A stretch of 64,000 nucleotides of DNA from Candidatus Sumerlaeaceae bacterium (GTDB lineage Bacteria; Sumerlaeota; Sumerlaeia; Sumerlaeales; Sumerlaeaceae), in NCBI GenBank assembly GCA_051003195.1, contig JBPCLP010000030.1, forward strand, positions 40,748 through 104,747, written 5' to 3'. Positions 57,709 to 64,000 of this stretch are shown here, in pieces. Both the position numbers and the translations under genes were made by a program. Within the stretch, counting starts at the first letter, position 1. Each line of letters opens with the position of its first letter. The notes under the pieces were generated by a model. The model saw only the letters and a list, made by a program, of their open reading frames with translations. It did not search any database and had not been told where the DNA came from.

Positions 57709-59262
57709 TTATTCGTACATCGACCAGTGGCCCGCAGCCGTCGCCGCGTTGCTCGTGTTAGGGCTTGGGCGATCGGTCGACGTTGCATCGTCATGGGCAA
57801 AATAGCGGAAAGCGTTTGCACCATCCGGGCGACGGCCGATAGAGCCCGGGGAATTAGTCGGAATAGTCGGGAAACCCATGTTGGTATATCCGTCACTGTC
57901 AGGGCTGTCCTCTGCCAGGGAGTACGCGACTCTATCAATGTTGGTTGTGCCATCGCTGAGCGATACGAAAGAACCGATATTGTAGATGCGCGCGCCAGTT
58001 GCCACGAACGTGGTGTTGGGCAAAAATCCAACAGGAGTGCCCAGCGCAAACACCGTCACCCAGCCATTTGCCGGAATGGTCGCGCCCGCAGGAAATACGT
58101 AAGAATTTTGCGAGGCAAGGTCCGACTGGATAATCTTGTTTTCCCATCCTTGGATAACAATAGGCGCGGCAGTCGTGTTGTAGAACTCGATGAACTCATC
58201 ATTCTGGCTCGCTGTGACTCCATCCCTGTTGTAGTCGTTGGTGATAGTGCCAGACGTGGGGTTATAACAGATTTCATTTATTCTTACGGCGCCCGACGCG
58301 GCAGACTGTGTTACGCGAACCAGCTCGACCACAAACGATGCACTTACCGTGGGTGAACTCGGTACGTCAGTGTTAATAGTAACACTGCCCCCGTAAATCG
58401 TGCTTACAGTCGCAGTGCCGTCGAACTGCAGAACTACTGCGCTAGTAGTTTGGTTTGGCGCGATGGTGACCGGAAAGCTGCCCACGATGCTTAGTGCCGA
58501 ACTGGTACCTGGGTCCAAAGTCGCAGACGAGATAGTCACCGGTGCAGTGCCGTTGTTGTGCAAGGGAAGCGAGGCTGTCATAAACTGGTTTATTCGTCCA
58601 AGATCTACCGGGCTGGCTGGAGTAGTAAGACCCTTACTTGTGAAGTTTGCTGCTTTGGGTGAAGGCTCTGCCGGTTGCCAGCCCCCGCTCGTGTCGGGAA
58701 TTCGCGAGAGGCTCCGACCAGCTCCGTTACCAAATCCTGCTTCATTATATACAACATAGCCCGGGTCGAACCCGCCCCAGTTGGTAGCATTGGTATCGGC
58801 GCCGCTTTCATAGACCACATAGTCCAGTAGCCCGGTTGAGTGAGGCTGGGTAGCACTGGCGCCGCTCGTGACGAACGTTCCGCCATTGTACAAGGCCACT
58901 GCGTCTTCGCCGTTCTGCAGGATGTTAGGACCATTTACCCAGTCTGCGTTGCCGTGGTACTGTGTTCCAACTAGAACATACCCGTTCGCATCCGCCGTGA
59001 TGGTGGTGCCCAAGTCGTAGGCCCGATACGCTCGAGCCGTCGTGCCTGAAGCAGCACCGTTGAACAATACTAGCTTCAGTCCGCTGACGGACTCGAAAGG
59101 ATTGCCTTTCAGCTCAACGAATTCCAGGTAATCGGTTACTGTCGTGCCGCTGATCACAGGGTTGAGCGTGTCCGAATCAACTTCGTTGATCTTGAACGCC
59201 GCCGATGCAGACGAGCCCAGCAGGGTGATAAATGTAAATCCATATAGGAGGGGAAGCCTCAT
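57709..59262 (-). CDS. Secreted protein with two lamin-tail domains flanking an Ig-like (ASH-type) domain; C-terminal motif ...TAAGHWSMYE
   Basis: Signal peptide; KINEV..EFVEL and RINEI..EFIEFYN LTD motifs; LHNNGTAPVTIS..FPVTIAP. Confidence 0.85.
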   Translation of the reverse strand: MRLPLLYGFTFITLLGSSASAAFKINEVDSDTLNPVISGTTVTDYLEFVELKGNPFESVSGLKLVLFNGAASGTTARAYRAYDLGTTITADANGYVLVGTQYHGNADWVNGPNILQNGEDAVALYNGGTFVTSGASATQPHSTGLLDYVVYESGADTNATNWGGFDPGYVVYNEAGFGNGAGRSLSRIPDTSGGWQPAEPSPKAANFTSKGLTTPASPVDLGRINQFMTASLPLHNNGTAPVTISSATLDPGTSSALSIVGSFPVTIAPNQTTSAVVLQFDGTATVSTIYGGSVTINTDVPSSPTVSASFVVELVRVTQSAASGAVRINEICYNPTSGTITNDYNRDGVTASQNDEFIEFYNTTAAPIVIQGWENKIIQSDLASQNSYVFPAGATIPANGWVTVFALGTPVGFLPNTTFVATGARIYNIGSFVSLSDGTTNIDRVAYSLAEDSPDSDGYTNMGFPTIPTNSPGSIGRRPDGANAFRYFAHDDATSTDRPSPNTSNAATAAGHWSMYE

Positions 59263-59517
59263 AGTATACCTCGTTTCGTATAGTAGAACGGTCTTACCGC
59301 AATTACGGGATTCTGCATTAAATTATTTTTCGAGTGCAACAAAAACTCAGTTAAGTGTCACGGGCCAGGCACGCAGTTGTCTGTTCGTACGTGGCGTACG
59401 CTCTAACATGGGTACAACAGCGGTTTCGAAGGCGTTCGAAATGCGGACGTCAGGTCACTTTCAGGTTGCCTGCTGGCTGCGATTACCTGGGCAGTAGTCG
59501 CAACACGATTAGATATT

Positions 59518-60531
59518 ATGCCCAGCCGCGCAAACTCGCTACTATCCTCTTTTCTACTTTCCGCAGCCGCGTTAGTATTTGTACAATCGAACGCTGCAAC
59601 AGCCGTAGAGTACTGCAACCCGCTCCCGGTCAGCATCGCGGATCCGCACGTCATCAATGTGGACGGCAAATACTTTCTCTATGGGACCAACGCGGTTGAT
59701 CGAGGTTTTCGCGTTTTGACCTCAACCGATATGATAGGCTGGGAAAAGGGTGAGCTCTGCTATAGTAAAATGGCAGATAGCTGGGGCCAGCGCGATTTCT
59801 GGGCGCCTGAAGTAATCAAACGCGGGGAATCGTACTACCTTTTCTATACCGCCCAGCATGAAAAAAGCGGAGACCGCAATATCTGCGTGGCGTTGGCCTC
59901 CTCGCCTCTAGGCCCCTTCCGGGACATTCAGGCCCCTCTGATTCCCGGCGGCTCCTATATCGATGGGCATCCGTATCATCACGCTCCGACTAACGAGTAC
60001 TTTCTTTATTACGTGGGCGAAGGGCGCACCACAAACAGCATCTGTATGGCGAAACTTAATGACACTTTCACTGGGTTTGAGACGAGCCCCACGCGCTGCC
60101 TGCAGGCCTCCCAGCCCTGGGAAACAAACTGGGTCGAAGGACCCGTAATTGTTCCGCACGGCCGCCATTATTACATGATGTATTCTGGCAGCGCGTTCTG
60201 GAACGCGGGGTACAACGTTGGATATGCGGTGGCTCAGAACCCCATGGGACCGTGGAAAAAATTCGACGGTAACCCGATTCTCCGAAACACGCCGGAGGTA
60301 TCTGGCCCCGGGCATAATTGTGTGCTAACTGATAACGCAGTTTATTACGTATTCTATCACCGGCACCGCACCCCTTCCGATAAAAAACGCGTACTGGCGC
60401 TGGACCGGATGATATTTGCTCCTGACCCGCAAGGCGGGCTGGATCTGATGACCCTGCCGGATGCGCCTTCGGCGACAACGCAGACACTGCAACGCCCGCG
60501 CGAAATTTTTGCACGGCTTAGCGGCACCTGA
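59518..60531 (+). CDS. Glycoside hydrolase family 43, secreted
   Basis: ADP, WAPEV, IDG, VEGP, GPGHN. Confidence 0.92.
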   Translation: MPSRANSLLSSFLLSAAALVFVQSNAATAVEYCNPLPVSIADPHVINVDGKYFLYGTNAVDRGFRVLTSTDMIGWEKGELCYSKMADSWGQRDFWAPEVIKRGESYYLFYTAQHEKSGDRNICVALASSPLGPFRDIQAPLIPGGSYIDGHPYHHAPTNEYFLYYVGEGRTTNSICMAKLNDTFTGFETSPTRCLQASQPWETNWVEGPVIVPHGRHYYMMYSGSAFWNAGYNVGYAVAQNPMGPWKKFDGNPILRNTPEVSGPGHNCVLTDNAVYYVFYHRHRTPSDKKRVLALDRMIFAPDPQGGLDLMTLPDAPSATTQTLQRPREIFARLSGT

Positions 60532-60766
60532 AAATACGCGGAGCGGCCTGAAAGCTGGTTAAGAGCGGGGGAGCGGTAAAGACTTTGACGGCCGCTGACT
60601 CGCCCTGTGTCCCGAAGGAATTACCACCGGACATGCGGAGAGCGCCAGCCGGCGTGCCCAGGAGGCCGCATTGGGAAGAGGTTATTCCACCATCCGTCTT
60701 AGAAGGTTCATAGCTTGAATCGCATTGTAAATGATGGTGTTAAACCCACACCCTGAAGGTAGTTTG

Positions 60767-60855
60767 GTCTACCGTTAGTCCGTAATCTGTTCTGTGCCAA
60801 ATTTAGAGGAAGTCGCCCTTTGGTCTGGTATGGAACTACGGATTCGGCACGCTGG
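60767..60855. other. Unassigned conserved structured non-coding element, copy B
   Basis: Homologous to 19299-19389; stem GTGCCAAAT...ATTCGGCAC. Confidence 0.65.
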
Positions 60856-61115
60856 TTTATAGCTGCAAATCCATGCTTTAACACTCAAATCACTCCCCCG
60901 TTCTTCGATACCGCCCTTTCGCGAACTTCATTAAATGCTAATTTAGGGAAACCGGAGAAGAAGACTCCAAAGGGGAGAGGTAACCCGCGCCATTTCAAGC
61001 GGCTAATGCCTTAAAGACGCGCCAATGCTTTAAAGGCAGCTTTTCCGGCACTGCGATCTTGCAAGTCCCGCTACGGCCCACAACACCAGCCACTCGTTCG
61101 AAAGGCACAATCCCG

Positions 61116-63428
61116 ATGAGATATCCATTTTGCTACGCGTTGCTGCTTGTCGCTCTGTTCACCTGCACCGCTGATGCCGCGCCGGTGAACCTGCTGCCAA
61201 ACGGCGGTTTTGAATCGGGAATCGATACATCCTGGCGAAAATACACCCCGCGCCTGGGTCCCGCGATCGCCACAACTGAAACACTGCCTTTAGAGGGAGC
61301 CCGGTGCGCGGCGATCGAAACAACAACTGACCTGATTGGCATACTCGCATGCGATCCAGTGGTCGAGGTTGCCGCAGGGGAAAAGCTGACGATGCGCATC
61401 TCCTGCCGGGCAGAGAACGTTGCTTCCGATACCGGTGGAGGACTCACTTTCACCGCGGCATTCGTCAACAGTGCTGGTCGAATCATCGTGTGGGACAGGG
61501 CCAATGTCTTAGCCGCTAAAGCAGGCGAGTGGCAGCGCCTCGAACACGAGACTACTGTACCCGACGGAGCGGCTGGCCTGATGTTTCAATTTGGCCTGCG
61601 GCGTGCCCATGGTCGGACCTGGTGGGACGCAGCATCGGTGGAAAGCTCCTCCCCTGTCGCGTTGCGCATCGATGTGCCGAGGGACGGAGCCGCGTTTGGA
61701 CATACTACACTTTCGGCTGTTTTGTTAAACCGTCACCTTATGCCAGAAGCCAGCAGCCTGTGCATCCTGACGCGGCCGGGAGAGCACCATACGCACGTGA
61801 CTCTTGATAAGGGGACAAGCAATGCCCTCGCACTTCCTTTTACCTTTATGCACCGCGGCAAAGTGCAGATATCCGCCGAGGTAATCGACGACTCTGACCA
61901 GGCGCATTCACACGCGACGCAAACTGGCAAACAGGGACGCTCACAGCTTTTCGTAACAAGTGACACCGTTACGATATCGGACGCGTTAGTCGCCGAGCCG
62001 TTGATACCCACGCACTGGGTGGTAGAGGATTCTGACCAACCAGGTTTCGAGGCCCAGCTTCAAGTAAATGTCGAGCCCTCGCTCCGTAGTAAAGTTAAGC
62101 TTTTATGCATCGTGCGAAACTCCACTGAAAACATTGTTACGCAGCCTTTGCCCTCTCCCCTGCCGCCGTGCAATCCTGTGCCAGTCTCCGTCGAACTACC
62201 GCCCGGTTCCAGCCCCGGTGATTATCGTGTGACATTCCAGCTGCTCGAAAACGGGCACCCCATTGCATCGGCAGAGGAAGACTGGCATGTCATCCATCGC
62301 TCGGAGGCGCTGACCAGCGTCAGCCCCGATGGGTACCCGGTCGTTGCGGGAAAGAAAACCTTTCCAATCGCGATGTACATGGCAGACGATAACTGGTTCC
62401 GCGAACTGAAGAGCGCGGGTTTCAATGTAACGCAGAGCTACCCGGCGTTTGCCGGCCCGGGTTCTTCCAATCGCACCGCTAAGCAGTTTCTCGACGACGC
62501 CCATAAGGCAGGGCTAAAGACGCTCACGTTTATTACGCACGGTCCGGATCGCCTCCCCGACGACGAGGCGCTGAAGCGAATCCGGATGTTCAGGAATCAC
62601 CCCGCCACTCTGGTGTGGTATCAGGAGGAAGTGCTGGCGCGCGGATATAAGCCGATGTCCTACGTTGAGAACCTTGTGGGAATGTTGCGACGCGAAGCTC
62701 CGGAGCATCCCATCCTTCAGGGTGACCAGCGGGACGAGTCTAGCCTCATGATTGGCAATACACGCTGGTTCCCGGACGAATACATGGACTTCGGCACCTG
62801 GTGGTGGTATCCCACTCCCCTTCGCGAAACCGCAAGTATGGAGAATTACGAGGGCGACCCGAGTGGTCCGGAGAAAGAATACAAGCCGCCAAAGTTCCTC
62901 ACGGACAACGGCACCTCCAAACCGATCTGGATGGCGATCCAGTGCTATGCCAAGCCAGGCCAATCGGATGCCCGCTTCCCCACCCCGGCCGAGTACCGCT
63001 GCCATGCCTACCTTTCCATATGCCATGGCGCCAAAGGACTCCTCTACTACACGGGTCTGGGGGAGAATGGAACGGGTGTGCTATCGCGGCCTAAGGAAGG
63101 ACATTGGGATTACCTGAAGAAACTGGTGGGGGAGCTCCGAGATATGTCGCCTGTATTCATGTCCGCAGATGCTGCGAAGCAACCTGATTTGCTTACGACC
63201 GGCGCGCTGGTAAGCGCACGGCTGAAGCAGACCGATAACGGCATGGTGCTGCTGACGGTGAACAGAAGCATTGTGCCCACTCGGGGGGAGTTCCGGGTGT
63301 CCGGTCTCTCCCCTGCTGCCTCGGTGCGTGTCAAATATGAAGACCGAACGGTAAAGCCGACTGCCGGTGTGCTGAGCGACGACTTTGAACCATACGCTGT
63401 GCATATTTACGAAATGCCACTCCCCTAA
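61116..63428 (+). CDS. Secreted multidomain protein: CBM-like N-terminus plus putative glycoside hydrolase barrel
   Basis: Signal peptide; NLLPNGGFE (CBM4/9-like); AGFNVTQSY, HPATLVWY..E, HGAKGLLYY, DDFEPYAVHIY. Confidence 0.72.
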   Translation: MRYPFCYALLLVALFTCTADAAPVNLLPNGGFESGIDTSWRKYTPRLGPAIATTETLPLEGARCAAIETTTDLIGILACDPVVEVAAGEKLTMRISCRAENVASDTGGGLTFTAAFVNSAGRIIVWDRANVLAAKAGEWQRLEHETTVPDGAAGLMFQFGLRRAHGRTWWDAASVESSSPVALRIDVPRDGAAFGHTTLSAVLLNRHLMPEASSLCILTRPGEHHTHVTLDKGTSNALALPFTFMHRGKVQISAEVIDDSDQAHSHATQTGKQGRSQLFVTSDTVTISDALVAEPLIPTHWVVEDSDQPGFEAQLQVNVEPSLRSKVKLLCIVRNSTENIVTQPLPSPLPPCNPVPVSVELPPGSSPGDYRVTFQLLENGHPIASAEEDWHVIHRSEALTSVSPDGYPVVAGKKTFPIAMYMADDNWFRELKSAGFNVTQSYPAFAGPGSSNRTAKQFLDDAHKAGLKTLTFITHGPDRLPDDEALKRIRMFRNHPATLVWYQEEVLARGYKPMSYVENLVGMLRREAPEHPILQGDQRDESSLMIGNTRWFPDEYMDFGTWWWYPTPLRETASMENYEGDPSGPEKEYKPPKFLTDNGTSKPIWMAIQCYAKPGQSDARFPTPAEYRCHAYLSICHGAKGLLYYTGLGENGTGVLSRPKEGHWDYLKKLVGELRDMSPVFMSADAAKQPDLLTTGALVSARLKQTDNGMVLLTVNRSIVPTRGEFRVSGLSPAASVRVKYEDRTVKPTAGVLSDDFEPYAVHIYEMPLP

Positions 63429-63442
63429 CCAGATTCAGGGAC

Positions 63443-64000
63443 TTAAACGCTCGTAGTGCCGGGGTGGGACGCGGTTTGCTCAGCAGACTGAGTCGCCGGA
63501 AGTTGAATTGTGAAAAGCGCACCGCCATCCGGTTTGTTTTCCGCTGTGAGAGAGCCACCCATCGCCAGGCAGAGTTGTCGGCTTATGGCAAGGCCGAGGC
63601 CGGTTCCTTCGACTTGATCCCCGCCCGGCGGTTCGCCCTGCTCGTATTCGCCGAACAGCCGTGCGATCTGCCCGGGACTCAGACCAGGACCTGTGTCCGA
63701 AACCTCAAAGCGCAGCCACTCCTGCTCGGCTTCTGTGTAGCCTTTGCACTGTAGTCGAACGACGCCCTTGCTCGTAAATTTTACTGCATTTGCGACCAGG
63801 TTGATCAGCACCTGCCGCAACTTTTGTCGATCAGCGTGAATTCTGCATGGCGACCCCGCAGTAATAACTTCAATCCTGGTATCTTGCTGGTCGGCGAGAG
63901 GGCGCATCATTTCCGACACCTCCGAGAGCAGCGAGGCGGCCTCAAAGCTTTCCAGATTAAATTCCATGCGGCCGGCTTCTATGCGGGCGAGATCGAGAAG
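63443..64000 (-). CDS. Sensor histidine kinase, C-terminal part (truncated by window edge)
   Basis: LLDLARIEAG, QVLINLVANAVKFT (N box), DTGPGL, GTGLGLAI. Confidence 0.93.
   Translation of the reverse strand, partial: LLDLARIEAGRMEFNLESFEAASLLSEVSEMMRPLADQQDTRIEVITAGSPCRIHADRQKLRQVLINLVANAVKFTSKGVVRLQCKGYTEAEQEWLRFEVSDTGPGLSPGQIARLFGEYEQGEPPGGDQVEGTGLGLAISRQLCLAMGGSLTAENKPDGGALFTIQLPATQSAEQTASHPGTTSV

Overview
A 64 kb GC-rich bacterial chromosomal segment. It contains no rRNA genes, CRISPR array or prophage. Housekeeping genes include cmk (partial), plsC, leuA with a Leu T-box, ettA, dapB, a solitary rpsL, manC, a gph-like HAD, malQ, an ABC-2/HlyD exporter, rpsF-ssb-rpsR followed by tRNA-Val and tRNA-Asp, moaC, carD-rsfS-yqeK, and a dinB-like/dnaE2 mutagenesis cassette with a GAAC-N4-GTTC box. 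An accessory block at 3.5-17.3 kb holds secreted proteins, Pro/Ala/Thr-linker lipoproteins and two HUH/Y1 transposase loci, each with its own palindromic repeat family. The top observation is that eight mostly unrelated ORFs (seven full-length with Sec signal peptides, one 5'-truncated remnant) end in the same short motif, A-x-[VIAS]-x-[DEH]-[WY]-[STM]-x-[YFLMI]-(Q/E)-stop. There is no transmembrane helix or basic tail, which makes it a candidate C-terminal protein-sorting signal. Other highlights are an orphan RiPP-precursor-like peptide, a 1584-aa DnaE2 swollen by in-frame repeat-derived insertions, and an unassigned ~90-nt structured element present twice, 41 kb apart. From my recollection of similar C-termini, the lineage may be Candidatus Sumerlaeota (BRC1), but I could not verify this. 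All assignments come from reading motifs by eye; no database searches were run.
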